A stretch of DNA of 38,150 nt, taken from a virus (Duplodnaviria > Caudoviricetes). Location: positions 1 through 38,150 of IMG/VR virus record IMGVR_UViG_3300032293_000894; one strand, given 5' to 3'. The notes under the pieces were generated by a model that was not told the DNA's origin, made no database searches, and saw only the letters and a program-made list of their open reading frames with translations. Shown one piece after another: positions 16,736-24,424 of this stretch (within the stretch, counting starts at the first letter, position 1; the number at the start of each line of letters is the position of its first letter). Both the position numbers and the translations under genes were made by a program.

Positions 16736-18181
16736 TTAGTTCCATCCTACCCCACCAAATGGAGTTGCAACACCCCTTTCCTGAAGATATTCTGCAGGTG
16801 GCATATAGAAGTCATGAGATGTATCAGGAATCGCTGCTACAAAATACATTCTCATCATAAGCATGTCGGCATAGTCAGGAGACCTTCCTATTTGTTCTTT
16901 TATATCTTCTTTTGGTATGATTTGAAGTGGTGCATCAGTCCCTGTATCAACTCTTTTAATCTGCATCAATTCTTCTATTATCTTATATTTAATTTCTTCA
17001 GAAACAGGTGCTGATATGCTGAGTCTCCTGTTATTAACTGCATCAGCAAGTAGGAAGTAACACTGACTTCTTAGATTTTTATAATTAGGTTTGGTTAAGT
17101 AACTTGCAGGTGCATTTACAATATTGGTCTTGGTATCTTCCTTCTTAGTTAATGGACTTCTACCACCCATAAAACCATTAACACCTTCCAAATGGTCAAT
17201 GACCCCACCCCCTACTCCATCTTCATCTATAATGGCATTTTTAAACGGTATAAACTCTTTGTGAAGCAGGTCTCTGATTTCATTTTCAGTCTGCATAATG
17301 GACTGTTTGTTTCTTTCATCAATTCGGTATAAGTTCATCCCCCTATACATTCCATAGACTATTTTGTCTGACCCAAACCGTGCAACATCTGCACTGAAAT
17401 ATTTATCTTTTGAATCTTCAAATCTGTTAGTGAATAGGTCTAACACTGCTGAATAGTTAAAGATTGCTAAGTCATCAGTGGAGTATTCCCATAACCCATC
17501 TCTAAGTCTTGCTCTAAGTGTTGCATCACTGATTGTTTCAAGTTGAGCAGCATAGATGTCTGCTGTGTGTGGATTGTCTTTAAATAATGATTGAATGAAC
17601 TTATAGTTGGTTGGAAGATTATTGTTCTTTGTTGGTTCGTAAAAGACCTTATAGACCCAATTCCTTGTAGGGTTACAAGTTAAAAAGAATTTAGGTGGAG
17701 TTAGTCCATACTCTGTGTTTAATTGCCTACCAATTCTTGATTTAAGGGTATCAAATGCTTTGAAATCCCACTCTCCTACTTCTTCTCCGAACCCACCTGT
17801 AAATTCAATAGAACCAAGTCTTTCATATTCAGGGTCTGAAGGTTGGTAAGCGACATCAAGCAGGTCTATTCTTGAACCATTAGCAAATTGGATGTAATGC
17901 ATCTGTGAATTTAAACTCCAATCAGTTTGTGGAATTTTGTGATGCCTTGTAACTTTAACCCATGTTTGATAAGTAGATGCCATGAGTCGCTTCAGTTCTT
18001 TTCTTGCTATAAACCATCTTGTGTTTGGATATAGGTAACAGTTAGTTAGTAACCACTCACAACCAATCCATGACTTACCCCCACCTGCTGCACCCCCAAA
18101 TAACAGGAAGTTAGTTTCCTTGTCCTGCAGTATCTGAAATGCTTGGTGTTGTTTCAGTGTTGGTCTGAGTGTTGGCATCAT
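16736..18181 (-). CDS. terL: Terminase large subunit
   Basis: Walker A GGAAGGGKS, Walker B GGFGEE, coupling motif LTCNP, nuclease ADVARFGSD and RSPDYAD; start probably MMPTLRPT after GAAGGGG. Confidence 0.93.
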   Translation of the reverse strand: MMPTLRPTLKQHQAFQILQDKETNFLLFGGAAGGGKSWIGCEWLLTNCYLYPNTRWFIARKELKRLMASTYQTWVKVTRHHKIPQTDWSLNSQMHYIQFANGSRIDLLDVAYQPSDPEYERLGSIEFTGGFGEEVGEWDFKAFDTLKSRIGRQLNTEYGLTPPKFFLTCNPTRNWVYKVFYEPTKNNNLPTNYKFIQSLFKDNPHTADIYAAQLETISDATLRARLRDGLWEYSTDDLAIFNYSAVLDLFTNRFEDSKDKYFSADVARFGSDKIVYGMYRGMNLYRIDERNKQSIMQTENEIRDLLHKEFIPFKNAIIDEDGVGGGVIDHLEGVNGFMGGRSPLTKKEDTKTNIVNAPASYLTKPNYKNLRSQCYFLLADAVNNRRLSISAPVSEEIKYKIIEELMQIKRVDTGTDAPLQIIPKEDIKEQIGRSPDYADMLMMRMYFVAAIPDTSHDFYMPPAEYLQERGVATPFGGVGWN

Positions 18182-18629
18182 CTGATAGTTCCCCTTCAAT
18201 TACTTCGGTTGGTAATACATAGTTAAACCCTGTAATAGGTTTTCCACCTGATGTTACATCAAGTTCGGTCTTAACTCCAAACTCTGCTTTCTTCTTTCTC
18301 TCAAGGAATTTTAAAGCAAGTTCAGGGTTCTCTTTGACCCCCTTCATCAGTGTTCTTCGTGCGATTGCAAACTGATTTTCCTTGAGTTCTTCCTTCCTTC
18401 TTGCGAAATCAGGATTTTCTTTGCAATACCTATAAAGTGTTGCAGGGTCAATATTTGCGATAAGACATGCTTCAGTATCAGTATGACCTATAAGAAAAGC
18501 ATCTTCAAGAATTGCAAGAACTTCAGGTGTAACCTTAGACGGTCTGCCTGAATCTCTATATCTAACTTCATGCAGGTTAGGTCTGCCTTTGCTTGATGCT
18601 ATCTTATCTTTGATTGTAGTATTCTTCAT
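18111..18629 (-). CDS. terS: Terminase small subunit
   Basis: GRPSKVTPE, HTH ACLIANIDPATLYRY, ALKFLERK, ELDVTSGGKPI; adjacent to TerL. Confidence 0.8.
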   Translation of the reverse strand: MKNTTIKDKIASSKGRPNLHEVRYRDSGRPSKVTPEVLAILEDAFLIGHTDTEACLIANIDPATLYRYCKENPDFARRKEELKENQFAIARRTLMKGVKENPELALKFLERKKKAEFGVKTELDVTSGGKPITGFNYVLPTEVIEGELSDDANTQTNTETTPSISDTAGQGN

Positions 18630-18858
18630 ATTCGTGGTAATCCAAATTCCTTAATTTAACATAAGCAATCGGTTTTACATTTATTGCTCGTCTTATATAC
18701 TTTTTTTTCATTAGTGAAGTTAATGTTGCTTTAATAGTTGTAAGGGGCATCATCCCCCTTGCCTTCATGGCAATTTCAATTTGAGATATTGGGTCAGTTT
18801 TGTATCTGCACCAATCCATGACAATTCGCATAATCATTTTTTGGTTTGGTTTAAGCAT
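18604..18858 (-). CDS. Putative winged-helix DNA-binding protein
   Basis: PISQIEIA...TTIKATLTSLMKKKYIRR pattern. Confidence 0.55.
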   Translation of the reverse strand: MLKPNQKMIMRIVMDWCRYKTDPISQIEIAMKARGMMPLTTIKATLTSLMKKKYIRRAINVKPIAYVKLRNLDYHEYEEYYNQR

Positions 18859-18870
18859 TTCATTACCTTA

Positions 18871-18956
18871 CTAGTGGTGGGTATGAACGGCAGTTAGGTA
18901 ATCTTAACTGCTATGACAAGTTCCTGCCCAAGCACTTGGTTCAATCCCACCATTAG
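18871..18956. ncRNA. Three-way-junction structured element
   Basis: CTAGTGGTGGG/CCCACCATTAG, TGAAC/GTTCA, GCAGTTAGG/CTTAACTGC, CAAGT/ACTTG. Confidence 0.5.
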
Positions 18957-19183
18957 GAAGATAATTCTAAAGCAACAATCGGAACACCTTTTTCAATTTT
19001 ACCTGAATCCACTGCTTCAATATATGCTTTCATTTCTCTCTTATAGATTGCTCTCTCACTCTTATCTGCATTCTTATAAACTTCTAATAAAATATCAAAA
19101 GTAATTCTTTCATCAAGATGTCCCCTATACTCGGAATACTTCTGAATAAGTTCTACTGTTGTATTTTCAATCTGTTTCATCAA
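18953..19183 (-). CDS. Hypothetical protein
   Basis: 76-aa ORF in operon (start uncertain). Confidence 0.6.
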   Translation of the reverse strand: MMKQIENTTVELIQKYSEYRGHLDERITFDILLEVYKNADKSERAIYKREMKAYIEAVDSGKIEKGVPIVALELSS

Positions 19184-19451
19184 ATTTCTTTTCTTCTAAA
19201 CTTCTACTTTTTAACACTTCATCAACATTCACTCGTGCCTTATCAACTATTGCTGTTATTTCTTCAAATGGTTTGTTGATTAGTAAGTAGCACTCTTCAT
19301 CTGTGTAACCCATTTCTAAAACTACATCTTCATCATTTAACATTGTTCCTACTTCGTTCATCATCATTAAACCCCCAACTGCAATGGGTGCTGTAGGTGC
19401 TTCGTATGATGATAATTGGTAGAAATTGGCAAGTGGAATGTTTGTAAGCAT
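19167..19451 (-). CDS. Hypothetical acidic protein, leaderless
   Basis: 94 aa; TAGACA-N16-TATAAT-N7-ATG (19486-19459). Confidence 0.65.
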   Translation of the reverse strand: MLTNIPLANFYQLSSYEAPTAPIAVGGLMMMNEVGTMLNDEDVVLEMGYTDEECYLLINKPFEEITAIVDKARVNVDEVLKSRSLEEKKFDETD

Positions 19452-19494
19452 TACTTATATTATATTAGTTATTCTAATAATGTCTATAAACATT

Positions 19495-19956
19495 TTAAAT
19501 TGAAACTTCTTTCATTTGCGATTTTAAAAAATAAACAGGTGAGTTATCGTAAGTTGGAACACCATTTAAAGCAGTTGCTCTTTTGTGCAGACATTTAAAG
19601 TTAGGTATAAATTCGCATTCATCTTTAACTATTTTTCTCAGACGAAACTTCCTGAAATTTACATAGTAGTAAAGCATGTAGAAATCATAGTCAGGATTGT
19701 TTGCTGCCATGTTGTATTTAGAAACAGAAATTATGTTTGTAGGGTAGTTTGTCTTGGTATAAAGCAGTTTTACATCTACAAATATATCAAGCAGGTTAGG
19801 ATTATTATTTTTTCCGAAGTGGTCAAATATAACTCCTGTAACATCTTCTTTTCTTTGTTTGAAATCGTATTGCTGTAATAGTGGAAATAAAGTGATTGCT
19901 TTGTTTAATGCTCTTATTTCTTTGTCCCTATCTTCGGGTGTTTCGTAGTATGTCAT
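19495..19956 (-). CDS. Putative PD-(D/E)XK-fold nuclease
   Basis: FD...IFVDVK...IISVSKY pattern. Confidence 0.45.
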   Translation of the reverse strand: MTYYETPEDRDKEIRALNKAITLFPLLQQYDFKQRKEDVTGVIFDHFGKNNNPNLLDIFVDVKLLYTKTNYPTNIISVSKYNMAANNPDYDFYMLYYYVNFRKFRLRKIVKDECEFIPNFKCLHKRATALNGVPTYDNSPVYFLKSQMKEVSI

Positions 19957-20003
19957 GCCGTGCTATATGTTTCTCGGCAGGAACATTTACTTCAAATTTG
20001 GGA

Positions 20004-20043
20004 CTTACCACTGCTACTCTTGCGAATAACAGTGGCGAAGCGT
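20004..20043 (-). promoter_or_regulatory. GCAA-tetraloop hairpin at the 5' end of the transcript from promoter TTGAAT-N16-TATAAT (20077-20050)
   Basis: GCCACTGTTATTC-GCAA-GAGTAGCAGTGGT, 13-bp stem with G-U pairs. Confidence 0.6.
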
Positions 20044-20058
20044 AATAGAATTATACCT

Positions 20059-20083
20059 TACTTATAAATGTATTCAATGGGTA
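20059..20083. promoter_or_regulatory. Operator A: TACTTAT-N11-ATGGGTA
   Basis: One of six copies; overlaps the -35. Confidence 0.7.
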
Positions 20084-20087
20084 ATTT

Positions 20088-20132
20088 AAAAAAAGTGTCG
20101 GTAAAAAGGAGGTGAATCACAAATTACCGACA
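20088..20132 (-). ncRNA. Hairpin/intrinsic terminator with anti-Shine-Dalgarno loop; candidate ~44-nt sRNA
   Basis: TGTCGGTAA-TTTGTGATTCACCTCCTTT-TTACCGACA-CTTTTTTT; extended -10 TGcTACAAT at 20146-20138. Confidence 0.6.
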
Positions 20133-20147
20133 ACTTGATTGTAGCAC

Positions 20148-20735
20148 TTACTTTAAGAATTTTAAGTAAGCACCTGTGTTATAAGCAACCCAAGCATTCC
20201 ATCCTGAAGCATCATAAATCTGTTTGGCACACTTAATGTTACCTGTAACAGTTGAAACTTCTTTTAAGGAACAACCTTGTTTGCTGAAATGGATTGAGTT
20301 AATCTGAAACAATCCGACATCAATAGTGTTATTTGTATTGATGTTAAAAGCACTCTCTCTCATACCACTCTCTGCTTTAGCAACTGCAATCGCTTCTCTA
20401 CAATGTAGTCCGAAAGTATCGCAAATCTTCTTCTCAGTGTCATTTAAACCCTTGTAGAACTCAGGTTTGACTTCGTAGATGACTGCATCTAACTGAATTA
20501 CTTGTGGTCTATCTTTAATCACAATAGGTGATTGAATTTTAACTTCAACAGGGGTTTGATATACAACTTCGTGTGTTGCACCCCATCTTGCTGTAGCATC
20601 CATTGCGTATGCACCTGATAAAACTGCTGATATAATACTAATTGCATAAATGCCAATTTTGATTCTTCTTTTCGTTGCGAGTGATAAGAACTTCTTTTTT
20701 GGCATTTTGTATTTACCTTGTAAGTTTGTTTCCAT
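20148..20735 (-). CDS. Membrane-anchored lytic transglycosylase (SLT-like)
   Basis: N-terminal basic segment plus TM; AIAVAKAESG (catalytic Glu), DVGLFQIN, GWNAWVAY. Confidence 0.85.
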   Translation of the reverse strand: METNLQGKYKMPKKKFLSLATKRRIKIGIYAISIISAVLSGAYAMDATARWGATHEVVYQTPVEVKIQSPIVIKDRPQVIQLDAVIYEVKPEFYKGLNDTEKKICDTFGLHCREAIAVAKAESGMRESAFNINTNNTIDVGLFQINSIHFSKQGCSLKEVSTVTGNIKCAKQIYDASGWNAWVAYNTGAYLKFLK

Positions 20736-20851
20736 TATTTGTTCCTTCCTTCTATAAAAATTGCTACTGCAAGAAGTTTCTCGGTTATAGATGCCAAGAA
20801 CAACTTGCCTTCGTTTTGTAACCTAATTGTTAGGTCAAGCAGGTATAACAT
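20735..20851 (-). CDS. 38-aa peptide coupled to SLT (not in ORF track)
   Basis: SD GAAAGG; MLYLLDLTIRLQNEGKLFLASITEKLLAVAIFIEGRNK; TAATG overlap. Confidence 0.6.
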   Translation of the reverse strand: MLYLLDLTIRLQNEGKLFLASITEKLLAVAIFIEGRNK

Positions 20852-20874
20852 GTGTTATGTGCCTTTCAACTTAT

Positions 20875-20914
20875 TACTTATATTATATTAGTATGGGTAA
20901 GGGTGAAGTGTCAA
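20875..20914 (-). promoter_or_regulatory. Promoter (TTGACA at 20914-20909) with operator B TACTTAT-N11-ATGGGTA (20875-20899)
   Basis: Repeated motif. Confidence 0.7.
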
Positions 20915-20924
20915 TAGGGTAAAT

Positions 20925-20957
20925 AAAAAAGACCCCTGTCCGAAAAACAAGGGTCTT
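20925..20957 (-). terminator. Rho-independent terminator
   Basis: AAGACCCTTGT-loop-ACAGGGGTC-TTTTTT. Confidence 0.8.
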
Positions 20958-21018
20958 AATAAAGATGGTTCAGACTATCAAAAAATAGACCAAGTTATAG
21001 AAACAAAATGGATTATAA

Positions 21019-21408
21019 CTATTCAAGTATAACTGATTCCCAATTTCTATCAATATCGTAATCGGTAGTTTGTAGGTCTTTAATAAATTCGCTTGGAACT
21101 CCGTCTGCTTTTAAAAATGCATATACAAAAACTTTAACTGCAGATTCGCATTCAAATCTTCCTTGTATTGCCATTGCTAACCAATCAAATACTCTGTATC
21201 TTGCTAATGCTAAATCAAAATATATTTGAGATAACTCTGCTTCAGATGCTCCGAAGAAGTCAGCAGTTCCTAAAATAGTGTTTAGGTCATCCCTGTTTAG
21301 GATGTTAGCAACATCTCTTGATTCAGATTTGCCTTTAACTCTTTTGGACATTACTTGATTCCAAGCATCCAATCTACTTAATACTTTAATTGTTTTGATT
21401 TCGTTCAT
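21019..21408 (-). CDS. Hypothetical early protein
   Basis: 129 aa, SD GAAAGGT. Confidence 0.7.
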   Translation of the reverse strand: MNEIKTIKVLSRLDAWNQVMSKRVKGKSESRDVANILNRDDLNTILGTADFFGASEAELSQIYFDLALARYRVFDWLAMAIQGRFECESAVKVFVYAFLKADGVPSEFIKDLQTTDYDIDRNWESVILE

Positions 21409-21434
21409 AGATTACCTTTCATGAACTAACTACT

Positions 21435-21472
21435 TACTTATGATATATTACCATAGGTAAGTAGATAGTCAA
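21435..21472 (-). promoter_or_regulatory. Promoter TTGACT-N16-TAATAT with operator C TACTTAT-N11-ATAGGTA (21435-21459)
   Basis: Extended inverted repeat CTACTTAC...GTAAGTAG. Confidence 0.7.
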
Positions 21473-21482
21473 TAGATTAAAT

Positions 21483-21812
21483 TTAACTTAATTTTTTGGC
21501 ATACATATCAAGGTGTGCCTTGATTTCTAATCTTCTATTAAGATTGGTTTCATCAAATGTAAAACCACCATATTGGGATTTAGCATCTTTGATTTGCTCT
21601 AAAAAGAACCATGTGTAGTATTCAACAACCCTATCTTCAGTATCTTCGTTTCTATGTATTTCTCTGATAACTTCGTCAATGTAGTCCCAATCAAATATTC
21701 TATTAGTTATATGAACTAACGAATTGTAATCAATTTCGTAGATTACACTTTCTTCTTTATTTACTTTGAACTCAAACACTGTTTTATCAGTTCTTGGATT
21801 TTTATTTTTCAT
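21483..21812 (-). CDS. Hypothetical early protein
   Basis: 109 aa, SD GAAGGAG. Confidence 0.7.
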   Translation of the reverse strand: MKNKNPRTDKTVFEFKVNKEESVIYEIDYNSLVHITNRIFDWDYIDEVIREIHRNEDTEDRVVEYYTWFFLEQIKDAKSQYGGFTFDETNLNRRLEIKAHLDMYAKKLS

Positions 21813-22032
21813 CTGACTCCTTCAATGTTTTTTCAAGCAAATCTGCTTGTGTTTGAACAAGTTTGATTACTGTTTCAAAAGAACTAATTACTTTTGCTTG
21901 AACTTCAATTTGGGAAGCATCAATTTCATTTTTGATTGATGTTTCTTGGATGAAGTTAATATGACCAAGCAAGTCATTTAAAACATCAGCAGTGAATCTT
22001 AAAGATTCTGAGTTGTGTGCTTTTCTTTGCAT
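21802..22032 (-). CDS. Hypothetical helical protein
   Basis: 76 aa, SD GGAAGGT. Confidence 0.65.
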   Translation of the reverse strand: MQRKAHNSESLRFTADVLNDLLGHINFIQETSIKNEIDASQIEVQAKVISSFETVIKLVQTQADLLEKTLKESDEK

Positions 22033-22055
22033 AGGAGATTACCTTCCTAACTATT

Positions 22056-22094
22056 TACTCATGTTATATTATCATAAGTAAGTTAGTGTGTCAA
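22056..22094 (-). promoter_or_regulatory. Promoter TTGACA-N17-TAATAT with operator D TACTCAT-N11-ATAAGTA (22056-22080)
   Basis: Repeated motif. Confidence 0.75.
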
Positions 22095-22099
22095 TAAGA

Positions 22100-22369
22100 T
22101 TAGAAAATCCAATTCCAAATTCCTGATAAGAACCACCATCCGATTACAAAACATAAGATAATCCAAAACAATTCCCATAAGCACCCACCGACCCCAATAA
22201 TAAATCCTATAATCAATGAAACTCCATAAACTATGTAACCTAATACCACGACAAGAACATCCCAAACTTTTTTATAGAAGGGTTTATTTTTTTCTTCCAA
22301 GTATTTTTGGAATGCTTCAAGTTCTCTTGGAGTTGGTTCAAGTGAATCTAAATTATAATTTTGATTCAT
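22100..22369 (-). CDS. Small membrane protein
   Basis: 89 aa with long hydrophobic, Trp-rich C-terminal half. Confidence 0.65.
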   Translation of the reverse strand: MNQNYNLDSLEPTPRELEAFQKYLEEKNKPFYKKVWDVLVVVLGYIVYGVSLIIGFIIGVGGCLWELFWIILCFVIGWWFLSGIWNWIF

Positions 22370-22370
22370 A

Positions 22371-22616
22371 TTATTTTTTCTCCCATAAATTAACTACTCT
22401 TAAAAACTCAATTAACTCGTGTTTAGCAATGTCCTTAGGAAATGTTCTTTCATATAAAGTATGGGTGTCTTGGTCAATGGTAAATCTCCAATCGGTAGCA
22501 TCATCTTCTAAGTAATGCCTTCTGATGACCCATACACAATTAGTTCCATGTGCTAATGCCATTCCCCATCTGCTTGTATCAGTCCATAAACTTGCTGTAT
22601 TTGTTTCGTTAAACAT
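22371..22616 (-). CDS. Hypothetical protein (start reassigned to MFNETN)
   Basis: SD TAAGGA before ATG 22616. Confidence 0.6.
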   Translation of the reverse strand: MFNETNTASLWTDTSRWGMALAHGTNCVWVIRRHYLEDDATDWRFTIDQDTHTLYERTFPKDIAKHELIEFLRVVNLWEKK

Positions 22617-22624
22617 AGTTTTCC

Positions 22625-22720
22625 TTAACTTAATAAAGCAATCACAATTCCTACGATTGCAAACATAAATACTATTTGTAACCAAATTGGTGTGTCGTCT
22701 TGTTTCTTTTTTCTATACAT
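22625..22720 (-). CDS. 31-aa single-TM peptide (not in ORF track)
   Basis: MYRKKKQDDTPIWLQIVFMFAIVGIVIALLS; TAATG coupling. Confidence 0.6.
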   Translation of the reverse strand: MYRKKKQDDTPIWLQIVFMFAIVGIVIALLS

Positions 22721-22941
22721 TATTTTTTTTCTCCTTGTTCTACTGAATTAACTAATGTTTGAATTTGAATTACTGCTGTTTTAGAACCTTCAATAAACTT
22801 GTTCATCTGTTTAATAGTTTTTTTATCAATAGTCATTTCTCTTAATGACTCAGCATGACCGATAAGTTTTAGAAGTGTTCTAACAGTTATCTTCATATCA
22901 AGAACTAATTCAGGAGTCATTATTTGTTCCCCTTCTGACAA
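22720..22941 (-). CDS. Hypothetical protein
   Basis: ORF coupled to erf; real start may be ATG 22920. Confidence 0.6.
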   Translation of the reverse strand: MSEGEQIMTPELVLDMKITVRTLLKLIGHAESLREMTIDKKTIKQMNKFIEGSKTAVIQIQTLVNSVEQGEKK

Positions 22942-23519
22942 TCTCTACATAATTCAGCACCCATCATTTTTTTGGAATAAGATGCTTCGTTGATTGTGAT
23001 GTTCTTTTTGCATTTGCTACATGATTTACCATTAAGACCTGCACCTGTAGTTATTGTGCCGTTAGAACTCGCTACAATGGTTTTTACAACAGGTTTTACT
23101 TCAGTAACGGTTGCAATACCGTTTGTGTAATCAGAATCTTTTGTATCGTCTATTAGGAATAATCCGTTGAGTGCATATTTTCTTGCATAAGATGATGCAG
23201 CACCTGTAATTTGAGATGCATCCATACCCCTTTTGGTATCTTCTTCTCTTGCAAGACCTGTAACTGTTAAATACTCTTTGTCTTTAGAATCAAGGTCAGA
23301 TAATTGAACTGTTGCTTCAATGTAGTATCTACTTCCAATGAATTTTACTGCATCAGATATTCTTAAACCTAAGTTGTATTTAACAAGAAGTGGTTTAACT
23401 GCTTCTAAAATATCTTCTTGGTTTCTATATTTATAGTTACCAAAAGAATTAAATTGTGATTTTGGTGCTTTTAACTCTTGCTGCACCATTGCAAGTTTTT
23501 GAACTAAATTTTTTTCCAT
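22920..23519 (-). CDS. erf: ERF-family ssDNA annealing protein with C-terminal Zn finger
   Basis: LKAPKSQFNSFGNYKYRNQEDIL, QITGAASSYARKYAL; CSKC...CRDC. Confidence 0.9.
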   Translation of the reverse strand: MEKNLVQKLAMVQQELKAPKSQFNSFGNYKYRNQEDILEAVKPLLVKYNLGLRISDAVKFIGSRYYIEATVQLSDLDSKDKEYLTVTGLAREEDTKRGMDASQITGAASSYARKYALNGLFLIDDTKDSDYTNGIATVTEVKPVVKTIVASSNGTITTGAGLNGKSCSKCKKNITINEASYSKKMMGAELCRDCQKGNK

Positions 23520-23551
23520 AGGATTACCTTTCTAATGGAATTAACTACTTT

Positions 23552-23725
23552 TTACTTTTCAAGAACTGATTCTACAAACTGTTCTTTTTTTATTAACTTT
23601 TTATCTTTGTTCCAATAAGGAGACTTACATTTTGGGCAAATAGTAACTTGTTTCCTTCTTGGCATCCATTCATGAGTGCATCTTTTGCACTTTGCTGTTG
23701 GTATATTAAATTCATTATTACTCAT
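23552..23725 (-). CDS. Small C4 zinc-ribbon protein, leaderless (not in ORF track)
   Basis: MSNNEFNIPTAKCKRCTHEWMPRRKQVTICPKCKSPYWNKDKK... Confidence 0.8.
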   Translation of the reverse strand: MSNNEFNIPTAKCKRCTHEWMPRRKQVTICPKCKSPYWNKDKKLIKKEQFVESVLEK

Positions 23726-23759
23726 ACTCATATTATATCAGTAAGTTCCCTTCCGTCAA
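23719..23759 (-). promoter_or_regulatory. Promoter TTGACG-N16-TATAAT-N6-ATG with operator E TACTCAT-N11-ATCAGTA (23719-23743)
   Basis: Operator overlaps the -10 and the start codon of the zinc-ribbon gene. Confidence 0.7.
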
Positions 23760-24424
23760 TACTCTTTGAAATAGCAATTTCCTGTTGAGTTATTGAACAA
23801 ATAAATTCTTTTTACTAAGTGTTTTTTGCAGGTATCACAATAAACCCATCTTGCTTCGCAATCAAAAATTGTTTTGTATTCATGTAGTTTTAAATCAATT
23901 TTCTTAATCCTTGCTTCAACAGGATGTCTCTCTTTGCTTTCGGTATGGTGGGTTATAGCATCATTTACATACCACCCACCAAGTCCTACTTCAGGAAAAG
24001 ATAAAGTTTGAACTTCTGAAATGAGCATCTGATAAGTTTCTTCTATATGTTCGTTTAACTGTGTATCTACTTCCTTTGCTTGAACTTTACCTGAACTTTT
24101 CCAATACTCATTTTGCTTTTTAAGCATTAGTTTGATTTTTAATTTCATCTCATCCATCTTAGTTTGCTGTTCCTGTGTTACATCTTTAAATTCTTCATGA
24201 ACCCATGCAGGAGTTGAAAACAAGGTATCTTCTTTATAAATCTTTTTAGCAGATGTTATAAAAGCAGGGTTGATAACTTTGTCCCCAATTTTAACTAACC
24301 TAATACCTTCATTTTCTTTCTTCATAAGGTCTTGGAATCCTTTATCGGACAACTCAAACTTGTCTTTGCCAACAGTAATTTCCCATTTAAATACTTCGCT
24401 ATTAGTAGTCGGTAATTTCTGCAT
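23756..24424 (-). CDS. Hypothetical protein downstream of initiator (possible helicase-loader position)
   Basis: ~222 aa, SD GAAAGGG, C-terminal Cys cluster. Confidence 0.6.
   Translation of the reverse strand: MQKLPTTNSEVFKWEITVGKDKFELSDKGFQDLMKKENEGIRLVKIGDKVINPAFITSAKKIYKEDTLFSTPAWVHEEFKDVTQEQQTKMDEMKLKIKLMLKKQNEYWKSSGKVQAKEVDTQLNEHIEETYQMLISEVQTLSFPEVGLGGWYVNDAITHHTESKERHPVEARIKKIDLKLHEYKTIFDCEARWVYCDTCKKHLVKRIYLFNNSTGNCYFKEY

Noticed and set aside
18111-18181. ~70-nt TerS/TerL overlap as a programmed frameshift
   Set aside because: TerL has its own SD and ATG; such overlaps are common and no slippery site is evident
18876-18952. tRNA-like look (GGTTCAATCCCACCA) or hammerhead ribozyme
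   Set aside because: No cloverleaf with proper D/anticodon/T arms; hammerhead core CUGAUGA and GAAA absent
20105-20115. Perfect plus-strand SD AAGGAGGTGA as the RBS of a hidden gene
   Set aside because: No start codon at usable spacing; the U-tract orientation indicates minus-strand transcription
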